Shown: piece after piece, positions 48,942 to 60,300 of the stretch
How positions within the stretch are numbered: the stretch's first letter is position 1
How the letters are laid out: each line of letters begins with the position of its first letter
Origin: Candidatus Spyradenecus sp.
GTDB lineage: Bacteria > Verrucomicrobiota > Verrucomicrobiia > Opitutales > UBA953
Assembly (NCBI GenBank): GCA_045535075.1
Contig: JAZSKX010000007.1
Span: 128,001-192,000, forward strand
DNA: 64,000 bases
Reading direction: 5' to 3'
Translations under genes and position numbers: made by a program
The notes under the pieces: model-generated
Seen by the model: the letters and a program-made list of their open reading frames with translations, nothing else
Database searches by the model: none
What the model was told of the DNA's origin: nothing

Positions 48942-49844
48942 TTACGCCCAAAGATTGGTCGGGTATTCGCCGGCTTCGATGAGCTTGTTGATATTCGCCT
49001 GAACGACTGGCTTGTCTTCCTTGTAGGTAACGCCGAACCACGCGCTGTCCGTGCGGAGAACCTTCGTCGTGGCGAGACCTTCCTTGATGAGCTGACCGAT
49101 CGTCATCGGAATGAAGCATTCGCTCTTGAGCTCGGTGCCTTTTTCCTTGAGGAATTCGAGGAAAATGCGATCGAGGTGGTCAAACAGTTTCGGCGTGCAA
49201 CCCCACATATTCATGGAAACCGGCGTATCGCCCGGGATGTCCTTCGTGGAGCCGTCGTCGTAGGTGTTGCGCCCGTTGTCGCCGACCTTGGAAATCTTGG
49301 TCATTTCTTCGATGTCGGTGAGGAAGCCGTTAGAGTCGGTGTTGCAAACGCCGCGTGCGACGGTGCCGTGCTCGGAGAGCGTGTTGCGCATCAGGAAGCC
49401 GACCATCGAGAAGTCGCTCGAATTCGGGTCGAGATTCGTGAGGTAGTTCGAGAGCACTTCGTAGGAGTTGCGCCCGTAGAAGTCGTCCGCGTTGATGATG
49501 GCGAAGTTTTCTTTGACAACACCTTTTGCGCAGAGAATCGCGTGCGTCGTGCCCCAGGGTTTTTCGCGTCCTTCGGGAACGCTGAAGCCTTCCGGAAGCT
49601 TGTCGAGCGTCTGGAACGCGAAATCGACGGGAACGGGAAGGTTCTTCTTGGCAATCATTTCGCGGAAAGCTTCTTCGAAGTCCGGACGAATGATGAAGAC
49701 GACTTTGCCGAAGCCGGCGCGAACGGCGTCAAAAACGGAATAGTCGAGAATCGTTTCGCCGGAGGGACCCATCGGATCCATTTGTTTAAGTCCGCCGTAG
49801 CGGCTGCCCATACCTGCTGCAAGAACGAGGAGTGTAGGTTTCAT
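48942..49844 (-). CDS. Sugar-phosphate nucleotidyltransferase family protein
   Basis: LAAGMGSRYGGLKQ, REKPWGT, INADDFYG, WFGVTY. Confidence 0.88.
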   Translation of the reverse strand: MKPTLLVLAAGMGSRYGGLKQMDPMGPSGETILDYSVFDAVRAGFGKVVFIIRPDFEEAFREMIAKKNLPVPVDFAFQTLDKLPEGFSVPEGREKPWGTTHAILCAKGVVKENFAIINADDFYGRNSYEVLSNYLTNLDPNSSDFSMVGFLMRNTLSEHGTVARGVCNTDSNGFLTDIEEMTKISKVGDNGRNTYDDGSTKDIPGDTPVSMNMWGCTPKLFDHLDRIFLEFLKEKGTELKSECFIPMTIGQLIKEGLATTKVLRTDSAWFGVTYKEDKPVVQANINKLIEAGEYPTNLWA

Positions 49845-49899
49845 AGTTATACTTTGTGTTGGATTGTTGAATTTGAATAAAAGGGTGAATTCGCCGAAG

Positions 49900-49928
49900 A
49901 GTCTACGCTCCGGGGCTTCTTGCGTCAA
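49900..49928 (-). promoter_or_regulatory. Sigma70-like promoter of the nucleotidyltransferase gene
   Basis: TTGACG-17 nt-TAGACT on the minus strand. Confidence 0.6.
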
Positions 49929-49962
49929 TTTTAAAGGACTTTCGAGAGTTCATTATTTGCCT

Positions 49963-52326
49963 TTACTTAAAGAAGTCACCGAGCGAGCCGAAGCCGCCGG
50001 AAGAGCCGCCCGTTGAGAAGCGGCTCGGGGAACCGTCGTTCCCGCGATTGTCGCGACGCCCGAAGGTGTTCCCGTTTCCGCCGAAGCCGCCGCGCCGCGG
50101 AGCGTTCCCGCGCCCGTCGCGCTCGGCAAAACTTTCCCGCGCGCTGCGTGCCGCTTTTTCCGGATTCGTCTTCATCGAAAGCCCGATACGGCGGCGCGGA
50201 ATATCGACTTCCATCACCGTTACGGAAACTTTTTGCCCGACCTTTACCGCTTCCGCCGGATCTTTCACAAACGTATCCGAAATCTGCGATACGTGAACAA
50301 GCCCGTCCTGATGCACGCCGATATCGACGAATGCGCCGAACGCCGTCACGTTTGTAATGATTCCCGGCAAGCGCATCCCTTCCTTCAAATCGGAAATTTC
50401 GTGCACGCCTTCCTTGAACGAGAATACTTCAAACTTTTCGCGCGGATCGCGTCCGGGCTTTTCAAGTTCCTTCAAAATATCCTGCAAGGTAGGCAAGCCG
50501 ACATCCTCGGAAACATATTTTTTCAAATCAATGCGGGAACGCAGTTTCCCGTCGGCGAGCAACGCGGGAACGTCGCAACCCAAATCCGCCGCCATCTGCT
50601 CGACGAGCGCGTAGCGTTCCGGGTGCACGGCGGAGGCGTCGAGCGGGTGTTCGCCGTCGCGAATGCGCAAAAAGCCCGCGCATTGCTCAAAAGCTTTTTC
50701 ACCGAGGCGCGGCACTTTTTTCAAATCTTTGCGGGAACGGAACGCACCGTGTTCGTTGCGGTAGGCGACAATATTGGCGGCGATGCTCGCGTTTAAGCCG
50801 GAAACGTAGCTCAGAAGCTGCTTCGAGGCAGTATTCACTTCAACGCCGACTTTATTCACGCAGGAAATGACCACGTCGTCGAGCGAGCGCTTGAGCGCAA
50901 CTTGGTTCACGTCGTGCTGATATTGCCCGACTCCGATGCTTTTCGGGTCAATTTTAACAAGCTCCGCGAGCGGGTCCATGAGGCGGCGACCGATGGAAAC
51001 CGCGCCGCGCACCGTAACGTCTTCATTCGGAAATTCCTCGCGCGCCACTTCGCTTGCCGAGTAAATCGACGCGCCGCTTTCGTTGACGACGACGACCGGA
51101 ATCGACGCGGGAACGCCGCAACCGCGCACGAACGTTTCCGTTTCGCGGGAAGCCGTACCGTTCCCGATCGCGATTGCCTGAATTTTAAATTGGTGGCAAA
51201 GCAGGCGAATGCGGTTTTCCGCATCGGCGTATTGCGCGGACGAGCCGGCAGTCGGGTAAATCACTTCGTGGTGGAGCAATTTTCCCTGCGCGTCGAGCAC
51301 GACGAGTTTGCAGCCCGTGCGGAAACCCGGGTCGAGCGCAAGCACGCTTTTTTGCCCGAGCGCGGGCGCCATGAGAAGTTCGGAAACGTTGGACGCGAAA
51401 ACGCGAATCGCTTCTTCGTCTGCGCGTTCCTTCGACTTCAGTCGCGCCTCGGTTTCAAGAGACGGACCAAGCAGGCGTTTCCACGAATCGTGCGAAGCCG
51501 CGCGGACTTCGTTCCCGCAAGCACCGTTCCCGCCGACAAAAATTTTGTCCAAACGCGAAAATGCTTCATCTTCATTCACCGTGATGCGGAAAAACAGAAA
51601 GCCTTCCTTTTCGCCGCGGCGAATCGCCAAAACGCGGTGCGACGGCGCAGACGCGAGCGGCTCGCTCCACTCGAAGTAATCTTTGAATTTCGCGCCCTCG
51701 GCTTCCTTGCCTTTGATGACCTCGGAAGAAAGCTCGGCGGTTTTTTCGTAAATTTCACGGCAGGAAGCGCGCGCCGTTTTGTCGTCGGAAATGCGCTCGG
51801 CGAGAATGTCGCGTGCGCCCGCAAGCGCGGCGGCGACGTCGGGAACGTCTTTGTCGGGCGCGACGAATTTTGCGGCTTCAGCGGCGGGATCGGCGTTTTG
51901 ATTTTCAAAAATAAAATCGGCGAGCGGCTCGAGTCCGCGTTCCCGCGCGATCGTAGCGCGCGTGCGGCGCTTCGGTTTGTAGGGCGCGTAAATATCTTCG
52001 AGCTCGGTGGCGGTTTTGGCTTTTTCGACAGCGGCTTTGAGTTCCGGCGTAAGGTGTTTGTTGTCTTCGAGCGATTTGAGAATTGCGGCGCGGCGGGCGT
52101 CGAGCTCGCGGAGTTGCTCGAGGCGGTCGCGAATCGTTGCGATTTGCACTTCGTCCATTTCGCCGGTGGCTTCTTTGCGGTAGCGCGCGATAAACGGCAC
52201 GGTCGCGCCCTCTGCGAGGAGCTTGGCGACAGCCATGACGCGCGCCACGGCAAAGTTGTTTTCCTGCGCGATGCGCAAAACGTAATCGGAAATTGCGAGG
52301 GTGTTTTCGGTAGATGTTTCAGCCAT
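49963..52326 (-). CDS. tex: Tex family RNA-binding transcriptional accessory protein
   Basis: TVPFIARYRKE, LDPGFRTGCK, GNGTASRE, SIGVGQYQHDV, HhH motifs, C-terminal S1 domain. Confidence 0.95.
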   Translation of the reverse strand: MAETSTENTLAISDYVLRIAQENNFAVARVMAVAKLLAEGATVPFIARYRKEATGEMDEVQIATIRDRLEQLRELDARRAAILKSLEDNKHLTPELKAAVEKAKTATELEDIYAPYKPKRRTRATIARERGLEPLADFIFENQNADPAAEAAKFVAPDKDVPDVAAALAGARDILAERISDDKTARASCREIYEKTAELSSEVIKGKEAEGAKFKDYFEWSEPLASAPSHRVLAIRRGEKEGFLFFRITVNEDEAFSRLDKIFVGGNGACGNEVRAASHDSWKRLLGPSLETEARLKSKERADEEAIRVFASNVSELLMAPALGQKSVLALDPGFRTGCKLVVLDAQGKLLHHEVIYPTAGSSAQYADAENRIRLLCHQFKIQAIAIGNGTASRETETFVRGCGVPASIPVVVVNESGASIYSASEVAREEFPNEDVTVRGAVSIGRRLMDPLAELVKIDPKSIGVGQYQHDVNQVALKRSLDDVVISCVNKVGVEVNTASKQLLSYVSGLNASIAANIVAYRNEHGAFRSRKDLKKVPRLGEKAFEQCAGFLRIRDGEHPLDASAVHPERYALVEQMAADLGCDVPALLADGKLRSRIDLKKYVSEDVGLPTLQDILKELEKPGRDPREKFEVFSFKEGVHEISDLKEGMRLPGIITNVTAFGAFVDIGVHQDGLVHVSQISDTFVKDPAEAVKVGQKVSVTVMEVDIPRRRIGLSMKTNPEKAARSARESFAERDGRGNAPRRGGFGGNGNTFGRRDNRGNDGSPSRFSTGGSSGGFGSLGDFFK

Positions 52327-52435
52327 AAAAAAATTGCGCGCTATTTCATAGATTTTTGCGTTCCCGCGCGACAGCTTTTTTCAGAAAAATACTGCAACTG
52401 AAGAGAAGGTCGAGGGAACTCGAATTTGTGAAAAT

Positions 52436-52472
52436 AAAAAAGCTTCCGCGAATTGCTTCGGGAAGCTTTTTT
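52436..52472 (-). terminator. Terminator with a degenerate motif-like stem
   Basis: AAAAAAGCTTCCG...CGGGAAGCTTTTTT. Confidence 0.7.
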
Positions 52473-52475
52473 GTT

Positions 52476-54257
52476 TTAGCCCTCAATCATTACGATGTCG
52501 GGCTCGAATGCGATTTCGATTCGGTATTGCTGCCCGGGTCGCAAGCGAAGCGGGTGGTTGCGTACGAAGGCTTGATAGTAATAAACCTTGCCGTAGCGGG
52601 TGCGATGATTCGGATCCTGCGAAACGTCTTCGTAGTTGAGCCATTCGCCTTGGAAGTCGTCTTTCGGGATCGTGCAACCGAGGCTTTTTTCGCCGAGACG
52701 GAAAGAGTTCCCGAGGTGGTAGCGGCTGTGGCAGGCGGCGAGCGGCATGACCATGCGCATTTGCGTAAGATCTACCGGCTGTTTTACCGAGAGCGTGTAG
52801 CGCGCAGTGATTTTGCCGCCGAGAAATTCCCATTCGACACGCATTGAGCCGATTCCGGGGATGATTTTTTCGTCTTTGGTGACCAAATCCGGTTGCTCGT
52901 AGGAAATCGTAAAGGCGTTTTTGAGTCCGATACGCGTTGCGATATTTTTTGCGTAGAAAGAGGGCGTGAACGTGTTTTCTCCGATTGTAAATTCAGGGAT
53001 AAACGCGGGAACGTACTGCCCGACGGGAACGTCAAAAATACCCGGCATGTGCGGGAACGCGAGCGAATCCGATCCGCCTTTGGAGGCACCGGAGAGAATC
53101 GGAATTTGGACGTGAAGATTCGTTTCCGGATTTTGGTAGACGATGAGCGCCTGTTCCTTGCGCCCGGATTTGTCAAACGTAATCGTGCGGCAGGAAGGGC
53201 GAGCGGGTTTCGCGGGAAGGGCGATCGCAAGCGAGCCGCCGACGGTTTTGGCAAGGCGCGACCACTGGCAAAGATAGCGCGCGGCATCGAAATTCGCGAT
53301 GCGTGTTGTGTGCGCGGGATCGGTGTCGCGTTCGCCGTCGCGGATGACGAGGACGCCTTGTTCCTGATCGAGATAGGTAACGAAGAAATAGAGGAAGAGG
53401 CGGCGCAAAATGTCTTTATAAAGCGGCATTTTGTCGGGCGTAATCCAACCGTCGCGCATCGATTGGAGGATAATGCTGATGAGGTGCATTTGCCCGTAGG
53501 CTCCGGTTCCCGAGCCGAAGCACCAACCGAGACCGTCTTGGCGCACAATATCCGGAATGAGTTTCAGATATTTTTCCGCGTAGGTGCGGAGCGTCGGGAG
53601 TTTGCGTTCCCGCAGGTGGATGTTGGCGTGAAGCTGGAGGGATTGACGGATGAAAACGTATTGCAGAACGCCGTAAACGTCGTAACATCCGCCGAGCATT
53701 CCGGGGGCATCGGAGTCGCGTGCGGCATCGTCGCAGAATCCGCCGGAAGAATTTGATTTGATGCGTTCGACGAAGCGTTCGATAAGGCGTCCGGTTTCAT
53801 CTTTTTTGGAAAGCCCGAGGGAGAAACGCGTAACGGCTTTCCCGACGTTGAATGCCTGCCGGTGGTCGTTGTAGTCCGTGCGGACTAGCAGACGTTTATC
53901 AAGCAATTCCTGTGTTTCGGCATCAAGCTTCGACCACGGAATATTGCGATCCTTGGACGGTCCGAAAGAGAGCAGCCCGAGCGCTGCGTAGGCAAGCCCG
54001 TTTTCCGATTCTGTTTCTTGGTTCAGCTGTGCGGAAACGCATTTGGCAACGAGTTCCGTCAGATTATGTTTCCCGAGTTGTGTTTCGTGGGTTGCGCGGT
54101 AAAACTCGCCGAGTGCGAGGGCGGCGTGTCCGGATTCATCCGAGCGGGAGCTTTCTCCGGGAACGGGCGTAATCGTCCCGTCTGCGTTAATGGCTTCGAT
54201 ATTATGGCTCAAAATAGCGCGAGCCATGTCCATGCATTGTTCTGCAAAATTATGCAT
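52476..54257 (-). CDS. Hypothetical protein (593 aa; helical N-terminal region, beta-rich C-terminal region)
   Basis: Long ORF with host-like codon use directly downstream of rho; no motif I can name. Confidence 0.7.
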   Translation of the reverse strand: MHNFAEQCMDMARAILSHNIEAINADGTITPVPGESSRSDESGHAALALGEFYRATHETQLGKHNLTELVAKCVSAQLNQETESENGLAYAALGLLSFGPSKDRNIPWSKLDAETQELLDKRLLVRTDYNDHRQAFNVGKAVTRFSLGLSKKDETGRLIERFVERIKSNSSGGFCDDAARDSDAPGMLGGCYDVYGVLQYVFIRQSLQLHANIHLRERKLPTLRTYAEKYLKLIPDIVRQDGLGWCFGSGTGAYGQMHLISIILQSMRDGWITPDKMPLYKDILRRLFLYFFVTYLDQEQGVLVIRDGERDTDPAHTTRIANFDAARYLCQWSRLAKTVGGSLAIALPAKPARPSCRTITFDKSGRKEQALIVYQNPETNLHVQIPILSGASKGGSDSLAFPHMPGIFDVPVGQYVPAFIPEFTIGENTFTPSFYAKNIATRIGLKNAFTISYEQPDLVTKDEKIIPGIGSMRVEWEFLGGKITARYTLSVKQPVDLTQMRMVMPLAACHSRYHLGNSFRLGEKSLGCTIPKDDFQGEWLNYEDVSQDPNHRTRYGKVYYYQAFVRNHPLRLRPGQQYRIEIAFEPDIVMIEG

Positions 54258-54300
54258 TTTTGCGGGTCCTGTGTTTTAGAAAAGTATCGTTCAATTCTCT

Positions 54301-55479
54301 CTATCCGACGCGAATAAGTCGAATAAATTCTGCGTTTGTCTTAGTCTTTTTGAGGCGCTCCGTCATGGCTTCGGCGATATCTTCGGGTTTTCCGGAGAGC
54401 ATTGCGCGGCGCAGGAAAGACGCAGCCTCAAACGCATCCGGCCGAAGAATCTGCTCTTCGCGGCGTGTTCCGGAAGCATTCAAATTGATTGCCGGCCAAA
54501 TGCGCAATTCCGCAATTTTCCGGTCGAGGACGATTTCCATGTTCCCGGTTCCTTTAAATTCTTCGAAAATTAAATCGTCCATGCGCGAGCCTGTCTGAAT
54601 GAGTGCGGAGGCGACAATCGTGAGCGTGCCGCCTTCCTCCGTCGCTCGTGCCGACGCGAAAATCTGGCGCGGTTTCTCGATTGCTTTGGAATTGAGTCCG
54701 CCGGTCATCGTGTTCCCGCGGGGCGCTGCATTGTTGTAGGCGCGCGTCAGGCGTGTCAGCGAGTCAATCAGCAAAACAACGTCGTGTCCGACTTCTGCGA
54801 GGCGGCGCGCGCGTTCGATGCAGATTTCTGCAATGCCGATGTGCGTTTTTGCCGATTCGTCATTAGAAGATGCATACAATTCCGCTTCAGGAAGGTCGCG
54901 AGCAAAGTCCGTTACTTCCTCCGGACGTTCGTCAACGAGCAAAACCATCACTTTGACATCCGGGTGGTTTTCTCTTACGCCGACGGCAATGTCCTTAAGG
55001 AGCGTTGTTTTCCCCGTGCGCGGCGGCGCGGCGATCAGTCCGCGTTGTCCTTTCCCGATGGGGCAAAAAAGGTCGATGACGCGATTTGTGAGCCGCCCGT
55101 CCTTTGTTTCCATGATAAGTTGCTTGTTCGAGCTGTATGCCGTCAAATTTTGGAATTGCGGGCGGCGATGGCGCTCGTTCGGGTTAATGCCGTCAATAGA
55201 ATCTACATACGAAACTTTGGCGTTGGCATGTCCTTTCTTTTGTTGGGCTTTGGCGACAATCCAACTTCCCGTTTTCATTTTAAAGCGTTTGACGATTTCT
55301 TTCGGAACAAACGGATCGGACGGGAAGGCTTTTCCGCGGCGGCGCGGGGAGCGCAGGGAGCCGCCGCCTTTGGCATCAAGGACGAGAATGCCTTCCACGG
55401 AGAATTCTTCCGGCGCAGGGAGTACGGGAGAGTCCGTCGCCGGTTTGTCTGTTTTTGTGTGCGAAATGTTTTCGCTCAT
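54301..55479 (-). CDS. rho: Transcription termination factor Rho (divergent RNA-binding domain)
   Basis: PIGKGQRGLI, PPRTGKT, DERPEEVTD, DSLTRL, EEFKGTGNMEI, SGTRREE. Confidence 0.92.
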   Translation of the reverse strand: MSENISHTKTDKPATDSPVLPAPEEFSVEGILVLDAKGGGSLRSPRRRGKAFPSDPFVPKEIVKRFKMKTGSWIVAKAQQKKGHANAKVSYVDSIDGINPNERHRRPQFQNLTAYSSNKQLIMETKDGRLTNRVIDLFCPIGKGQRGLIAAPPRTGKTTLLKDIAVGVRENHPDVKVMVLLVDERPEEVTDFARDLPEAELYASSNDESAKTHIGIAEICIERARRLAEVGHDVVLLIDSLTRLTRAYNNAAPRGNTMTGGLNSKAIEKPRQIFASARATEEGGTLTIVASALIQTGSRMDDLIFEEFKGTGNMEIVLDRKIAELRIWPAINLNASGTRREEQILRPDAFEAASFLRRAMLSGKPEDIAEAMTERLKKTKTNAEFIRLIRVG

Positions 55480-55680
55480 TGTTTTTTATGTATTGTCGTG
55501 AATAACGTGTTGCGGGAACGCGACAAAGCACGGTGTAGCGTGCGTAATTTTTTTGCTTCCCGAACAGGAAAAGATAAGCCGGAAATTTTATTCCGAGACC
55601 TGCCTATCAACCCGCGCAGTTTCGCATGTCTTCTGCTTTCGTGCAAGCTTCAAATTCGGGCTGACGCAATTTTAAAAACT

Positions 55681-55723
55681 AAAAAAGCGTTCCCGCAACT
55701 CTCGCCGCGGGAACGCTTTTTTT
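55681..55723 (-). terminator. gdhA terminator built from a motif pair
   Basis: AAAAAAGCGTTCCCGC-aactctcgcc-GCGGGAACGCTTTTTTT. Confidence 0.88.
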
Positions 55724-55731
55724 CAGTTTTT

Positions 55732-57141
<1,410 letters not shown>

Positions 57142-57291
57142 TTATTTAATAAAGAATGCCTCAAGTAAAAAAATGAGCATCGCTGAAACATTGAAGTTCG
57201 GCGATCGGATATTGTCGAAGGCGAACATATCTTTTCGAGCCGTGCTTCATGCGGGAAAAGGAATTGTGCGGTCAGGGCGATAATTTTTGTT

Positions 57292-57334
57292 AAAAAAACG
57301 TTCCCGTGAAAATATCCGCGGGAACGTCTTTTTT
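57292..57334 (-). terminator. PEP-CTERM gene terminator built from a motif pair
   Basis: AAAAAAACGTTCCCGTG-aaaatatc-CGCGGGAACGTCTTTTTT. Confidence 0.85.
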
Positions 57335-60300
57335 AAACTCTCTTTCGACGCCGTGTTCCGACGAGGAAGAGGGCGCCCAAGCCTGCAAGCAAACCGAAAG
57401 TTGTCGGTTCCGGAATGGCGAGCGTGAGCAACCCGTTCGTGTAAGACTCAACGTGCCAACCCGTTTCCCAGCCTTGGAGCTCAAACGAAGCCGTTGTCCA
57501 TGAATCGTCGAAGCTCGCGCCGCTTGCAGCGACTTGGTAAGTATAAGCCGTTCCCGCAGCGACGTCGAGTGTCGCGGATTCCGAGCGTTTGACAATGATT
57601 TTTCCGTCGCTGCCAATCGTCAGCGTTCCCGAGCCCGAAAGTGTTGCTTCCGTGTAAGAGCCCGAAACTTCCAATGTCAGGGAGCCTACAGCGAAGCTAC
57701 TCGTTGTAATATTAAGCTTCCCGCTTCCGCCGAGAATTTGGATGTTGGCTGCAGAAGCATTACTGTTTCCGCCGTTGGTTATGCATTCCACGGTTCCCTC
57801 TTCGATACGGAGCGTTCCCGCGGAAAGCGTTGTTTGGCTAAGGAAGAACTTGGCGGAGCCGGTTTTTGTCAAGGTGTGTCCGTCAAGATTCAATTGATTG
57901 GCGTGCCAGCCGGAGGAAATCATACCGAACTCGGCATCCGCTTGAACGACGGAATCCGCCGTAAGCCGGATTGCGTCATTGCCCGTAGCAATTTGTTTCT
58001 TTGTCGACCCGGTTGCGGCGCTTGCTTTGAGCGTTCCGCCTGCAAGGACGTATTTTCGTTCCGTGCCGTCCATGTTCGCCGCGAGTTCCAGTGTTGCTCC
58101 GGAAGTGACGGTAACCGTGTTGTTTGTCGCCGCTCCGAGCCCGTTGGCATGCGTAATTTTCAGCGTTCCCGCGAGAACTTCCGTGCCGCCGGAGTAGCTG
58201 TTGTTGCCGGAGAGCGTGAGTGTGCCGTCGTAGTCCTTAATCAGTTTTCCGCTTCCGGAGACGACACCGGAAATGCTCATCGGCATTCCTTCGTAAACAT
58301 GAAACCGTGTTCCTGAAGTGCTGTTGAGCGTAATGTTTTCTGCAATACTGGCTCCATTTGCGGCGTCTGTGTAAACAACGCCTTCGTTAAATGTAATTGA
58401 GACGTTGTTTTTTGCCGAATTGATTCCGCTTTCGCCGAAACCCAGCATCGCACCGTCGTTCAGAGTAAGCTCAAACTTGCCGGAACCTGCTTTTCCGGAG
58501 ACGGACTGTCCGATTCCCTTGGCGTAGAGGATTCCTCCGCCGTTGATAATGATGCTTCCGCCGTTATCTCCAAATCCGATTTCAGCGTTTTCAGCTGTCA
58601 GCGTGCCTTCAATCGTCAATGTGGTTGTGTTATTCCACTCGCCTAACACGACCGAATTCCCCTTGTAATCGTCTGAGGAGTTCCAGTTGTTGGTTGAACC
58701 GGTAATGTTCAGTTGCGCGTTTGATTTGAGGGTAACGGACGATGTTCCGCTGTTATTTGCATCTCCGACTTCCAGGCGTCCGGAAGTAATATGCGTTGCC
58801 GTTTTCCCGTCGCCGATGACAAGTGTGTCGCGCACATAAAGGCTTTGGCGTTCTCCGGTTCCCGAGAGCGTTATGTCGCCGACAAGATTCAGCGTTCCCG
58901 CCTCCTGACGCAAGGTTGTCGCGCTTCCGCCCGCGACGGAAAGCATTCCGCCCGTCTGCTTAATTTGCCCGTTCGAGGAAAGCGTTGTAATCGAGTTTGT
59001 TCCCGCTGTGAAGTTGACGGTTCCGCCTGTGTGGGAAAGGGTTTCGATTGTTGTATTTCCCCCGGAGAAGTTGACGGTTCCTTGGGAAATCGTCGCGGTT
59101 GCGAGTTCGGTCGTTCCCGTAAAATCGGTCGTTCCGCCTGCGCCGGTTTTGAATTCGCCGAGATTAACACTTCCGTTAAACGCAAGCGTCCCGTTGTTAC
59201 CGCGCTTGACGTAAGTTCCCTCGCCGGAAACGGAAGAGCTTTCCGAGAATGTCAGTTTCACGCCGCCGTTTTGGTGGAAATGCGCTTCGCCGTCCAAAAC
59301 AAGATTTTTCTCAAACGTGTATTCGCCCGTTAATTGGAATCCGTATCCGCTGCTATCGGTTCCCGTCGGAGCCGCCAAATGCAAGGTTTCGCCGAAAGAG
59401 GAGCCGTTAATCGTAAAGCGGGAGTTGGCGGACAAATAGGTCGTTCCCGTGAAAGCATCTCCGCTTCCGACGGAAATTGTGTTTCCCCAAGCCGCGGTAC
59501 CGAGCTTAACCGTTCCCGTGCCGGCGATATTCGGGTGCGAAAGACTTCCGCTGACCGAACCTAAATCCAAGGTTACGCCGTTGTTGATTGTAAGTGTTTT
59601 CGAGTCGGCAATCGTCAGTGTTCCCGGAGAAACGCTGATTGTTGTGCCTGTTCCCGTGAAGGAGACGCTTTCGTTGACCGTCATCGTTGCGGGGGAAACG
59701 CTTGCGTTGTCAGCGAGCGCAACCTGCGCGCCGGCGGTGGCGAAAATCACGCTGTCGCCCGGAGCGTAAGCGAATTTGCCTACGCCGTTGACCGTCCAGT
59801 TTGCGTTGGTGTTGTTCCATGTTCCCGCAGCGTTTTCGTCGCCCGCCCAAGTGAGCGTTCCCGCGCCGACGAGGACGGATCCGCCGCTTGCCGAGAGGCG
59901 TGCGGAAGTAACGGCGTTGCCGCTTTGCGTGAAGTTCGCCGCCGTCAAATCCGTCCAACCGGAAATCGTTCCCGCGCCGGAAATGAGCGTGTAAACATTG
60001 TCTTGAGCCGTCAGATTATCGAGCGCAAAGCTCGTCGTATCGGCGACGGAAACGGTTCCCGCGTTTTCGATGGCGCCGGAAAGATTGACCGTTCCCGTGA
60101 GCGCGAGCGTTCCCGAGGCGACGGAAATTCTGCCTTCGCCCGTCGTCGCGATTGCTTGCTCGGCGGCTTGCGTCAGCGTTGCGTCGCTTGCGATTGCGAT
60201 TTCAAGCGTGCCGCCGTTGACGGAAATATCGCCGGAGCCGAGCGCCGCAGCGTTTTGCGCAACGAGTTTTCCGGCGGAAATTGTTGTGCCGCCGGAATAG

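Noticed and set aside
57173..57283. 36-codon ORF (MSIAETLKFG...) upstream of gdhA on the opposite strand
   Set aside because: Too short, with no motif or clear RBS; cannot be supported from sequence alone.
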